Counted from the stretch's first letter, positions 17,386 through 26,039 are shown. The stretch is DNA of 61,866 bases from Kiritimatiellia bacterium (GCA_045628545.1 JAZQPI010000064.1:1-61866), one strand, 5' to 3'. Notes: a model not told the origin generated them from the letters alone. Numbers and translations: made by a program.

Positions 17386-17777
17386 TCCCTATCGCCGACC
17401 ATGACCACCTTGACTCCAGCGGAGCCCAGGGCCTCCATGGCCGGCATGAACTTTGCGCGTTTAACATGCTTGTCGACGAGCAGGTGGACGGGCCTGTCGC
17501 GGTGATCCCCGACCGCCTGCAGCACCGCACTCTCGAGCTCCCCTTCCGAAACCTCCACGCCCTGGACGTAGAGCTTGCCGGCCGCGTCGACGACGACGGA
17601 GACCTGCGCGTCTTCGACCGTCTCGACGTCCGGACCCGACGGCTTGTCGGCTTCGACGTTCGCCGTCTTCATGAAGTTGGAGGAGAGAATGAAGAAAATA
17701 ATCAGCAGGAAGGCGATGTCGCCCATCGACGACGTCGGCAGCATCATGTCCATCCGCTTGCGTTTGCGAATCGGCAT
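17382..17777 (-). CDS. exbD: ExbD/TolR biopolymer transport protein
   Basis: N-terminal basic tail, TM helix DIAFLLIIFFIL, periplasmic domain. Confidence 0.9.
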   Translation of the reverse strand: MPIRKRKRMDMMLPTSSMGDIAFLLIIFFILSSNFMKTANVEADKPSGPDVETVEDAQVSVVVDAAGKLYVQGVEVSEGELESAVLQAVGDHRDRPVHLLVDKHVKRAKFMPAMEALGSAGVKVVMVGDRE

Positions 17778-17780
17778 CCG

Positions 17781-18215
17781 TCAGCCCCCCTCTCCTTCGA
17801 CGAGCGCGACAACGCCGCCGACTTCGGCGACGAGCGTGACGACCTTGAAGTAACGGTCCCACTCGACGTCCTCTCCAACCTCGACCACGACCATGCGCTC
17901 CTTCGGCGGCTTGGCCGCGAGACCCAGCTTGAGCAGCTCGCCCTTCAGCTCGGGGAAGGAGACTTCGTCGCCTTCGCCCTTGCCGCCGAGCGCGAACGTG
18001 ACGCGGTCGGGAAAGACGTTGATCTGCGGCGTCTTGTCCTCTTCGCTCTTCGTCTGCGTGTCCGGCGGCGCCGCGCTCGGCACCTCGACGAGACGGCCGG
18101 TAGGCTTCGCGAGCGTCGTCGTGAGGATGAAGAAGATGATCAGCAGAAACGAGATGTCCGACATGGACCCCGTCTCGATGTCCGCGCTCAGCCGCTGTTT
18201 GGTTTTACGCCCCAT
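17781..18215 (-). CDS. exbD: ExbD/TolR biopolymer transport protein (second copy)
   Basis: MGRKTKQR...MSDISFLLIIFFILTTT. ATG at 18215 inside ORF 17781-18263. Confidence 0.88.
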   Translation of the reverse strand: MGRKTKQRLSADIETGSMSDISFLLIIFFILTTTLAKPTGRLVEVPSAAPPDTQTKSEEDKTPQINVFPDRVTFALGGKGEGDEVSFPELKGELLKLGLAAKPPKERMVVVEVGEDVEWDRYFKVVTLVAEVGGVVALVEGEGG

Positions 18216-18223
18216 CGCGTCCC

Positions 18224-18856
18224 TTACGCCTCGGCGAGGGTCTCCATCACGTCCGTCAGGCACTGGTCAACCGTCGCCGTGAGGTCGTCGACCTTGCGGG
18301 AGAAGAGGTTATAGGCAACCGCGCACGGCATGGCGACCAGCAGGCCCGCCGCCGTCGTGATCAGCGCTTCGCCGATGCCGCCGGCCACCGCCCCCGGATC
18401 GAGCCCGGCGGAGCTCGCCATGACGTCGAACGAGGTGATCATGCCCGTCACCGTGCCGGTCATGCCCAGGAGCGGCGCGATCGCCGTCACCAGCACGAGA
18501 ATGTTGAGGCGCATTTCGAGCGGACGCAGGGCCTTCGGCGCGTATTCCTCCATGGACTTGACCGCGCCCGTCGCCGCCTGCTCGTTGTCCCGCCCGCGCT
18601 GGACGAGCTTGACGAAGCGGTTGAGGCCCGTGAGCATGGTCGCGGCGACCGGGCCCTTCGCCCCTGCCGCCAGCTCCATCGCGCCCGCGACGTCGCCTTC
18701 TTCGAGCTTGCCGCGCACGGCCTTGCGCATCGCGTCATGGCCGGACCCGGCGGCGCGAAACGCGCGCACGCGGTCGATGATGACCGCAAAGCCCAGAATC
18801 GAACACAACACCAGCGGGATCATCATCCAGCCACCGTCCATCAGAATACCAAGCAT
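18224..18856 (-). CDS. exbB: MotA/TolQ/ExbB proton-channel protein
   Basis: Three-TM topology, PLLGMTGTVTGMI and GEALITTAAGL motifs, SD aaggag. Confidence 0.92.
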   Translation of the reverse strand: MLGILMDGGWMMIPLVLCSILGFAVIIDRVRAFRAAGSGHDAMRKAVRGKLEEGDVAGAMELAAGAKGPVAATMLTGLNRFVKLVQRGRDNEQAATGAVKSMEEYAPKALRPLEMRLNILVLVTAIAPLLGMTGTVTGMITSFDVMASSAGLDPGAVAGGIGEALITTAAGLLVAMPCAVAYNLFSRKVDDLTATVDQCLTDVMETLAEA

Positions 18857-18891
18857 TGAATCTCCTTTCTATCCTAAAATCATTTGGACCT

Positions 18892-18920
18892 ATTATATCA
18901 AAATCCTCAAACGAATACAA
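18892..18920 (-). promoter_or_regulatory. Sigma70-like promoter for the exbB operon (-35 TTGTAT, 17 nt, TGaTATAAT)
   Basis: Read on the minus strand: ttgtat-N17-tataat with TG at -15/-14, about 35 nt upstream of the exbB ATG. Confidence 0.5.
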
Positions 18921-18954
18921 ACTGGAATTGAAGCCGCATCCAGACTTCCGATTA

Positions 18955-18963
18955 TGGTATAAT
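18955..18963 (+). promoter_or_regulatory. Extended -10 box tggtataat for ddl
   Basis: TGnTATAAT. The second in-frame ATG (18971) lies 7 nt after the box. Confidence 0.5.
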
Positions 18964-18964
18964 A

Positions 18965-19864
18965 ATGGTAATGGAAAAGATTGCGGTTTTGATGGGCGGC
19001 ACCTCGAACGAGCGCGAAGTGTCCCTCGTCAGCGGCAGGAATGTCGCGGAAGCTCTGAGTTCGCTCGGCAAATACGAGGTCGTCCCGGTCGATCTGACCG
19101 ACGACTCGCTGGACGCGCTGCCCGACGGCGTGTCCCGCGCCTATATTGCGCTGCACGGCGGCTGGGGCGAGAACGGCGGGGTCCAGGCCGCGCTCAACGC
19201 GCGGCACATCCCCTACACGGGGCCGGGCGTGACGGCCTCGCAGATCGCGATGGACAAGGTCAAGACCAAGACGGTGCTTGAACTCAAGGGCGTGCCGACC
19301 GCGGCCTGGGGCCTCGCCAGCCGCGACACGCCGCAATCCCCCCTGCCGCTCCCCGTCGTCGTCAAGCCGCCGGCGGACGGCTCCTCCGTCGGCATCTCCA
19401 AGGTTTCCGCGGCCGACCAGTGGACGAAGGCGCGCGACGCCGCGTTCGCCGCCATGAGCCGGGGCGAGCAGATCCTCGTCGAGGAATACGTCCCCGGCCG
19501 CGAATTCACGGTCGGCGTCATCGACGGCAAGCCCCTGCCGGTCATCGAGATCGTCGCCAAGGGCGGCTGGTACGGCTATGAAGAGAAGTACAACTCGGAC
19601 GAGACGCGCTACCCGTTCCTCGAAGAAGGCGAGCTGAAGGACCGCCTCAGCCGGCTGGCGGTCGACGCATATCGGGCCGTAGGCTGCCGCGGCGTCACCC
19701 GCATCGACTTCCGCGTATCCCCGCTCGGCCGCTGCTATGTGCTGGAGCTGAACACCTCGCCCGGCTTCACCTCCCACTCCCTCGTCCCGAAGGCAGGCAT
19801 GCAGACGGGGCTCACCTTCGCCGAGGTCTGCGACCGCATCCTCGCCTCCGCCGCCTGCGACTGA
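18965..19864 (+). CDS. ddl: D-alanine--D-alanine ligase
   Basis: IAVLMGGTSNEREVSLVSG, ATP-grasp motifs, ELNTSPG. The true start may be ATG 18971. Confidence 0.95.
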   Translation: MVMEKIAVLMGGTSNEREVSLVSGRNVAEALSSLGKYEVVPVDLTDDSLDALPDGVSRAYIALHGGWGENGGVQAALNARHIPYTGPGVTASQIAMDKVKTKTVLELKGVPTAAWGLASRDTPQSPLPLPVVVKPPADGSSVGISKVSAADQWTKARDAAFAAMSRGEQILVEEYVPGREFTVGVIDGKPLPVIEIVAKGGWYGYEEKYNSDETRYPFLEEGELKDRLSRLAVDAYRAVGCRGVTRIDFRVSPLGRCYVLELNTSPGFTSHSLVPKAGMQTGLTFAEVCDRILASAACD

Positions 19865-19865
19865 C

Positions 19866-20684
19866 ATGAAGACTCCACGCAACACCCGCAACTCCGGTCG
19901 GCGCACGGTCGCCGCCCTGCTCGCCGTCGCCCTGCTCGCCGCCATTGCCGTCGGGCTGACGGTCGCCTTCAACAAGCTGCACGACGTCTGGCTGGAACAG
20001 TGCGTCATCAACGACATCGCCAGGCAGGTGACCGTCACCTCCGGGAAGATGGTCAAGGCGGACGCGATCAAGGAGGCGTTCGGCCTCCACGAAGGCGTCA
20101 ACCTCGCCCGGGTCGACTTCGCCGCCCGCCGGGAGGAGGCGCTGAAGAAGTATCCGACGATCCGCTCCATCGACATCTCGCGGCATCTCCCCGACCGCGT
20201 CGCTCTCACGGTCATCGAGCGCGAGCCGACGACCCGCGTCAACCTCGTCGGCAAGCATCAGGACAGCGGACTGGTGGCCGATTCCGAAGGCGTCGTCTTC
20301 CCCTGCCGGCGGGGAACCGCCATGCTGCCGATCATCCGCGAAAGCAAGGCGGCCAGCACGGCGGTCGGGCAGCGGCTCGCCGGCAGGTCCTTCGCCGCGC
20401 TCAAGCTGGTCGAGCTCTGCAGGAACCCCGAATTCTCCGAGCTCGGGCTCCTGGAGGTCGACGTCTCCAAGCCGGACTACCTGATCGCGATTCTCGGCAG
20501 CTATTCCCAGGCGAAGATCGCCTGGGAGGGGATGAACGACCCCGAAGACCCGCATCTTAAGGAACTCGAAGCCCAGCTGCGCCACCTGTCCAACGCCATC
20601 CGCGCGACCTCGGCGACCAGCGCGAAAGTCTGGGACGTCACCTTGCCCAACCGGGTGTTCTCCGACAACAAAGGAATCAACTGA
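19866..20684 (+). CDS. ftsQ: Cell division protein FtsQ (TM plus POTRA)
   Basis: N-terminal TM helix and a POTRA-like region (VTVTSGKMVKADAIKEAFGL...). Position between ddl and ftsA. Confidence 0.85.
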   Translation: MKTPRNTRNSGRRTVAALLAVALLAAIAVGLTVAFNKLHDVWLEQCVINDIARQVTVTSGKMVKADAIKEAFGLHEGVNLARVDFAARREEALKKYPTIRSIDISRHLPDRVALTVIEREPTTRVNLVGKHQDSGLVADSEGVVFPCRRGTAMLPIIRESKAASTAVGQRLAGRSFAALKLVELCRNPEFSELGLLEVDVSKPDYLIAILGSYSQAKIAWEGMNDPEDPHLKELEAQLRHLSNAIRATSATSAKVWDVTLPNRVFSDNKGIN

Positions 20685-20685
20685 C

Positions 20686-21882
20686 ATGAGCGAAATCTAC
20701 GCCGCGCTTGAAATCGGCACCTCCCGCACCGCCCTGGCCGTCGGCGAGACCGTGAACGGGCGGCTGCGGGTGACCCGCCACGCCGAAATCCCCTCGACAG
20801 GGGTGCGCAAGAGCCTGATCATCGACGTGAACCAGGCAACTCAGTCCGTTCGCAGCGTACTGAAGGCCATCGAGAACCAGCAGGACAAATCAAACGACAA
20901 AATCTCCATCGGTCTCGCCTACCTTGTGATGTCCGGCCAGGGCGTGGACACCTGCACCTACCAGAGCCAGACGCAGATCGAGGGTGCGAAGGTCAGCCAG
21001 GAGGACATGCACGAGGTTGAGGAAGGCGTCCGCACACTGGTCTTGCCGAAAGACCGCGAAATCCTGGACATCGTCGACCAGGACTACGCCGTCGACTCTG
21101 TCGGTGGCATCCTCAACCCGCGGGAGATGACCGGCAGCGTCCTCAAGCTCAACGCCATCTACATCCACACCGACAGCAACTGCGTCAGCAACGCGCGCAC
21201 CGCGACCGAGCAGTCTCATCTCGAAATCAAGGAGCCGCTCTTCGCCACCACCTGCGCGGCGGAAGCCGTGCTGGAGGAGCACGAGCGCCGCAACGGCGTG
21301 CTGGTGCTGGACCTCGGCGCCGGTTCGACCGGCTACGCTGCCTACACCAACGGACACCTCGCCACGGCCGGCGTCATCGGCGTCGGAGGCGACCACGTGT
21401 CGAACGACATCGCACAGGCCTTTCAAACTCCGCTTGCGCAAGCCGAAGTGCTGAAAATGACCGAGGCATCAGCCGTCCTGAACGCCGAAAAATCGGCAAC
21501 CCCGCGCATCCAGCTGCCAGGCAGCAGTACGCTGATGACGTCTCGGACGATCTCCCGCCTCGCGCTCGACACCGTCGTCAACGTCCGCCTGCGCGAACTC
21601 CTGTCCATCATCCGCGAACAGCTCGACGGCGCCGACCTCATGTCCCGTCTGCACTCCGTGGTCATCACCGGCGGCGGTGCCGCACTCAGGAACATCAGCC
21701 AGCTGATCGAACGCGAACTCGGCATGTCCGTCAGAACCGGCAGTCCAATCCACGTCGACGGCCTTTCGGAGGTCCCCGACCCGGCTCGCTTCGCCGCTCT
21801 CGCGGGAGCCCTGCTCTACGCCAGCCACGACGGAGAGGAGAAATCCCTGCTCAAGAACATTCTCGGAGGACTTTTCAGATGA
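20686..21882 (+). CDS. ftsA: Cell division protein FtsA
   Basis: Actin-fold motifs ALEIGTSRTALAV, VLDLGAGSTG and ITGGGA. Located upstream of ftsZ. Confidence 0.93.
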   Translation: MSEIYAALEIGTSRTALAVGETVNGRLRVTRHAEIPSTGVRKSLIIDVNQATQSVRSVLKAIENQQDKSNDKISIGLAYLVMSGQGVDTCTYQSQTQIEGAKVSQEDMHEVEEGVRTLVLPKDREILDIVDQDYAVDSVGGILNPREMTGSVLKLNAIYIHTDSNCVSNARTATEQSHLEIKEPLFATTCAAEAVLEEHERRNGVLVLDLGAGSTGYAAYTNGHLATAGVIGVGGDHVSNDIAQAFQTPLAQAEVLKMTEASAVLNAEKSATPRIQLPGSSTLMTSRTISRLALDTVVNVRLRELLSIIREQLDGADLMSRLHSVVITGGGAALRNISQLIERELGMSVRTGSPIHVDGLSEVPDPARFAALAGALLYASHDGEEKSLLKNILGGLFR

Positions 21883-22976
21883 ATCCGGACTCCACCATCC
21901 TGCTCGTCGGCATCGGCGGCGCCGGTGTCGCCATCGCGCGCCGCGTCAGCCGCGCCTACGGCGACGGTCTGCGACTGCTGCTCGCCGACACGGACGCCGC
22001 GTCCGGCCTCCCCGACGAACCCTTCGTCCTCATCGGCGGCAACCGGCTCTCCGGACATGGCTCCGGGGGCGACGTCGTCGCCGCGCGCATGGCCGCAGAA
22101 GACTCCCTCGGCGCATTCGACGAAGCGCTCTCCGGAGTGCGGCTCGCAGTTCTCGTGGCCGGTCTCGGCGGTGGCACGGGCGGAGGAGCGACGCTAGAGG
22201 CGGTCAAGCATCTGTCGGACCGCGGAATTCCGTCCATCGTCTTCGCCACCACGCCCTTCGCGTTCGAAGGCAGCGACCGTCAGCGCAACGCCCGCGGCGT
22301 CATGGCGATGATCGCCGACGCGGCCAACGCGACGTTCTTCCAGCCTCTCGACCGTCTTGTCGAAGGGACGGACAACATGACGGACGCCATGACCGAGGCC
22401 GTTGACGCACTGGCCGCAGGCATCACCCTTTTCTGGCGCACCGTCCACAGCCCCGGCTACATCCGCATGGACGCGGAACGCCTCCGACACGTCATTTCCA
22501 CCGCCGGCAAGGGCCGCTTCGCCTCCTTCAGCCTCCAGGGGCCGAACCGCGCCAAGGAGGCCCTCCGGCTCATCACCGAATCGCCGCGCCTGCTGACCGG
22601 CTCGGGTCCCGTGCTGTCCATCCTCTGCGGCATCCTCGCCGGCGACGACCTGCGGCTTTCCGAAGTAGGAACAATCGCGGACGGAGTCCGTCAGGCATTC
22701 GGCAACACCTGCCACTTCGATCTGGCGACCGTGAACGACGAAGGCACCTTCGGCGGCAGGCTCTCCGTGGTCGTGATGCTCTTTGAATCCAATGCGCACG
22801 AGGACACTCCAGCCGAGGGCGATCCAGGCGGAAAGCCCAAACACGCAGCATCCGTTCTCGGCGCAGGCACCACGAACCGCCGCGGACGTTTCAACAACGC
22901 CGAGCACACGATCTGGAACGGCGAAGACCTCGACATCCCGACCTTCATCCGCAAACGCATCACTCTGGAATTCTGA
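21879..22976 (+). CDS. ftsZ: Divergent cell division GTPase FtsZ
   Basis: VGIGGAGV, GLGGGTGGG (tubulin signature variant), and the C-terminal peptide DLDIPTFIRKR typical of the FtsA/ZipA-binding tail. ATGA overlap with ftsA. Confidence 0.85.
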   Translation: MNPDSTILLVGIGGAGVAIARRVSRAYGDGLRLLLADTDAASGLPDEPFVLIGGNRLSGHGSGGDVVAARMAAEDSLGAFDEALSGVRLAVLVAGLGGGTGGGATLEAVKHLSDRGIPSIVFATTPFAFEGSDRQRNARGVMAMIADAANATFFQPLDRLVEGTDNMTDAMTEAVDALAAGITLFWRTVHSPGYIRMDAERLRHVISTAGKGRFASFSLQGPNRAKEALRLITESPRLLTGSGPVLSILCGILAGDDLRLSEVGTIADGVRQAFGNTCHFDLATVNDEGTFGGRLSVVVMLFESNAHEDTPAEGDPGGKPKHAASVLGAGTTNRRGRFNNAEHTIWNGEDLDIPTFIRKRITLEF

Positions 22977-22979
22977 CGC

Positions 22980-24770
22980 ATGGGAGCCCGTGACGGACAT
23001 ATCCGCGTCCTGCCGATCGCCGTGGCGAACAAAATCGCCGCGGGCGAGGTCGTCGAACGTCCGGCCAGCGTCGTCAAGGAGCTCGTCGAAAACGCCATCG
23101 ACGCCGGCGCCGGAAAGATCGCCATCACCGTAACCCAGGGCGGACGCAAGCTCGTCGCCGTCCAAGACGACGGCTGCGGCATGACCCGCGACGACGCGGT
23201 CCTCTCGCTCGAACGGCAGGCGACTTCGAAAATCCTCGACGTCGGCGACATCGAGTCGATCGACACCCTCGGCTTCCGCGGCGAGGCCATCCCCTCCATC
23301 GCCTCCGTCTCGCGCTTCACGATCACGACGCGCCGCCGGGAGACGGACGAAGGCACGGCGGTCCAGGTCAACGCCGGGACGCTTGTCGAGGTCCGCACGG
23401 CTGGCTGCCCGGCCGGGACGCTTGTCGAGGTCCGCGACCTTTTCTGCAACGTCCCCGCGCGGCGGAAGTTCCTGCGCGCCTACGCGACGGAAGAGGGTCA
23501 CGTCAAATCGGTCTTCACGACCCACGCCCTCGCCCATCCGAACATCGGCTTCACCTTGACCGTCGACGGACGCGAAATCCACCGGCTCGCCCCCTCGCCT
23601 TCGCTGACCGACCGCGTCAGGGACCTTTTCGGGCCCGAATTCCTCGAACAGATGCTCCCCGTCGACGGCGGCGACGGAGCCGTCCGCGTCACCGGACTCA
23701 TTGAGCGGCCCAATCTGGGCTTTCCCACGCGGCGCGACCAGTACGTGTTCGTCAACGGCCGCCCCGCCAGTTCACCGTCCATCGCCTACGCTCTGCGCGA
23801 GGCGTATCCGCGGCACCAGGGCGACGTCCGTCCAGCCGCCATCCTGTTCCTCGAACTGCCGGCGGGGCAGGTCGACGTCAATGTCCATCCGACCAAGCGC
23901 GAAGTGCGCTTCAGGGACAACGCCACCGTCAAATCTGCGATTATCAACGCCGTCGGACAGTCCGTCGGCCTGCGATCCGAACCCGTCTTCGTACCGCCGC
24001 CGGCCGCCCCCGAAACGCCGCACGCCGCCGCGCAACCTGCCGCCGTACAACCTGCCGCCGCGCAACCTGCCGCCGTGCAACCTGCCGTCGCGCCGCCGCC
24101 GGACGTCGTGCCGCCGACAGCGAACGCGCTGCCCGAGCCGGCGCCGGTCGACATGGAACTGCCGCTCGCCGCCACCGGCAACCGGGCCGCGCCCTGGAAC
24201 TGGTTCCGCTTTCTGGCCACGACCGCCGCCGGCGACCTGCTGCTGGAGACCGACGCCGGCATCGTCTTCGTCAATCCGAACGCCGCCCGCGAGCGCATCG
24301 CCTTCGAGCGGCTGCTCCAGCGGGACGGCCTTCCGCCGGCTTCCCAGCAGCTGCTGCTGCCGGAAACGGTACGACTTTCGCCGCCCGACTTCGCGCGGCT
24401 CCGCGCCGCGCTGAAGGAGATCGCCAACATGGGGTTCGACCTCGAGGAATTCGGCTGCGACACGTTCAAGGTCGACGCCGTTCCGCAGCTCATCGGCGAG
24501 CTTTCTCCGGCGCTTGTGCTCACCACGATCGCCCGCGACATCGCCGAAGGTTCGGGCAAACGCGGCGGCGAACGCTGGCGGGAAGAGCTGATCGCGAAGT
24601 CCGTCGCCAAATCCTTCGCGGGACAGTCAGTCACGCTTGACGGACCCCAGGCGACGAAACTCGTCGAAGAGCTCTCCGCCTGCCGGATGCCCTACATCTG
24701 TCCGCGCGGCAAACCCGTGATGTTCTTCATGTCGAACCGCGAGCTGGACCGCAAATTCGCCCGCGTCTGA
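22980..24770 (+). CDS. mutL: DNA mismatch repair protein MutL
   Basis: IAAGEVVERPASVVKELVENAIDAGA, DDGCGM, LFCNVPARRKFL, plus a C-terminal dimerisation domain. Confidence 0.95.
   Translation: MGARDGHIRVLPIAVANKIAAGEVVERPASVVKELVENAIDAGAGKIAITVTQGGRKLVAVQDDGCGMTRDDAVLSLERQATSKILDVGDIESIDTLGFRGEAIPSIASVSRFTITTRRRETDEGTAVQVNAGTLVEVRTAGCPAGTLVEVRDLFCNVPARRKFLRAYATEEGHVKSVFTTHALAHPNIGFTLTVDGREIHRLAPSPSLTDRVRDLFGPEFLEQMLPVDGGDGAVRVTGLIERPNLGFPTRRDQYVFVNGRPASSPSIAYALREAYPRHQGDVRPAAILFLELPAGQVDVNVHPTKREVRFRDNATVKSAIINAVGQSVGLRSEPVFVPPPAAPETPHAAAQPAAVQPAAAQPAAVQPAVAPPPDVVPPTANALPEPAPVDMELPLAATGNRAAPWNWFRFLATTAAGDLLLETDAGIVFVNPNAARERIAFERLLQRDGLPPASQQLLLPETVRLSPPDFARLRAALKEIANMGFDLEEFGCDTFKVDAVPQLIGELSPALVLTTIARDIAEGSGKRGGERWREELIAKSVAKSFAGQSVTLDGPQATKLVEELSACRMPYICPRGKPVMFFMSNRELDRKFARV
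23373..23435 (+). repeat. 24-bp perfect direct repeat spaced 39 bp (in frame) inside mutL
   Basis: gccgggacgcttgtcgaggtccgc occurs at 23373-23396 and 23412-23435. The protein reads AGTLVEVRTAGCP-AGTLVEVRDLF. Confidence 0.9.
24033..24092 (+). repeat. Four tandem 15-bp units (caacctgccgccgNN) encoding (Q-P-A-A-A/V)n in the MutL linker
   Basis: Units at 24033, 24048, 24063 and 24078. Confidence 0.85.
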
Positions 24771-24776
24771 CCGCCG

Positions 24777-25907
24777 TCAGGCGCGCTCGCGCACGGCCAG
24801 CGCCACGCGGTTGCCCGGCAGGTACTTAAGCCGCCCTTTGATCCGCAAGGTCATGCACAGGGAGTTGACCTTGAGCGGCGGCAGCCCGGTCAGCCGCAAA
24901 AGCCGCTCCATCGAAACGCCCTCCTCGTCGAGGTTGCGCAAGATCAGCGACTCCTCCAGCGTGACCTCCGGCAGGGCCGGCGACGATACCGGCGACGGTA
25001 TCGGCGAAGCCGCAGACGGAGCCGCCGGCGCGGCGGACGGAGCCTGGCGGACGGCGGGCATAGCCGTCCGCGGCAAAAGTTCGGAAAGCTCCTCCATCAC
25101 GTCGTCGGCGTTGCGCACCAGCCGTGCGCCGTCGCGGATCAGCTTCAGACAGCCCGCGCTCATGCGGTTGTCGATCCGGGCCGGCACGGCCATGACCGTG
25201 CGCCCCAGATCCGCCGCGATGCCGGCGGTGATGAGCGTTCCGCTCTTTACCGGCGCTTCGACGGCCACCACGCCGCGGGCAAGGGCAGCCACGACGTGGT
25301 TGCGGATGGGGAACGTCTGCTGGTCGGGCTTGCGCCCGAAGGGGAACTCGCTGACCACGGCCCCGCCGTGACGGACGATCTCGCGCGCCAGTTCGCGATT
25401 CTGCTCGGGGTAGAACTCGTCCAGGCCCGAGCCGATCACACCGACGGTGAGACCTTCCGCCGCCAGCGCCCCGCGATGCGCCGCCGCGTCGATGCCGAGC
25501 GCGAGACCCGACAGCACCACCCAGCCCGCCTTCGCGAGGTCGTGGGCGAAATTCTCGGCGAGGTCTAACCCATAGGCAGTAGCCCTCCTGGTGCCGACAA
25601 GCGCGACTGACGGCTTGGAAAGGACCGCGGCATCGCCCTTCACATACAGGCAGAGGGGATGTCCGGGAGCGGCAAGGAGCTGCGGCGGATAGTCTGCGTC
25701 GACCGGCGTGACCAGCCGGACGCCGAAGGACTTCGCGCGGTCGAGTTCGGCCTGCCAGTCGACTTCGCCGCCGCCGCGGGAGATCTTGTTGGGATAGTCC
25801 TGCCAGGCGCGGACCGCGCTCCCAGCCTTGGCGACCAGCTCGGCGACCTTGACGGAGCCGATGCCCTCGGTCAGGTTGAACGCCAGATATGCTTCTTTTT
25901 CAGTCAT
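24777..25907 (-). CDS. dprA: DNA processing protein DprA (Smf)
   Basis: SGLALGIDAAAHRGAL, a Rossmann-like DprA core, and a C-terminal winged-helix-like tail. Confidence 0.92.
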   Translation of the reverse strand: MTEKEAYLAFNLTEGIGSVKVAELVAKAGSAVRAWQDYPNKISRGGGEVDWQAELDRAKSFGVRLVTPVDADYPPQLLAAPGHPLCLYVKGDAAVLSKPSVALVGTRRATAYGLDLAENFAHDLAKAGWVVLSGLALGIDAAAHRGALAAEGLTVGVIGSGLDEFYPEQNRELAREIVRHGGAVVSEFPFGRKPDQQTFPIRNHVVAALARGVVAVEAPVKSGTLITAGIAADLGRTVMAVPARIDNRMSAGCLKLIRDGARLVRNADDVMEELSELLPRTAMPAVRQAPSAAPAAPSAASPIPSPVSSPALPEVTLEESLILRNLDEEGVSMERLLRLTGLPPLKVNSLCMTLRIKGRLKYLPGNRVALAVRERA

Positions 25908-25920
25908 GCCGCATCGAAAT

Positions 25921-25944
25921 TAAAAAACCCGACGGACGTCGGGT
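25921..25944 (-). terminator. Intrinsic terminator immediately after tRNA-Glu (cccgac-gtcc-gtcggg followed by tttttta)
   Basis: Read on the minus strand. The stem is 25928-25933 / 25938-25943 and the U-tract is encoded by 25921-25927. Confidence 0.65.
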
Positions 25945-26019
25945 TGGCAGCCCCAAGGAGAGTCGAACTCCTCTACCAAGCATGAAAAGCTCGTGTCCTA
26001 GCCGATAGACGATGGGGCC
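25945..26019 (-). tRNA. tRNA-Glu (anticodon UUC), CCA encoded
   Basis: Hand-folded cloverleaf. Acceptor GGCCCCA/TGGGGCT, D stem GTCT/GGAC, anticodon stem CGAGC/GCTTG with loop TTTTCAT, T arm AGGAG-TTCGACT-CTCCT. Confidence 0.9.
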
Positions 26020-26039
26020 AAACGAAAGGAACGGGAGAT

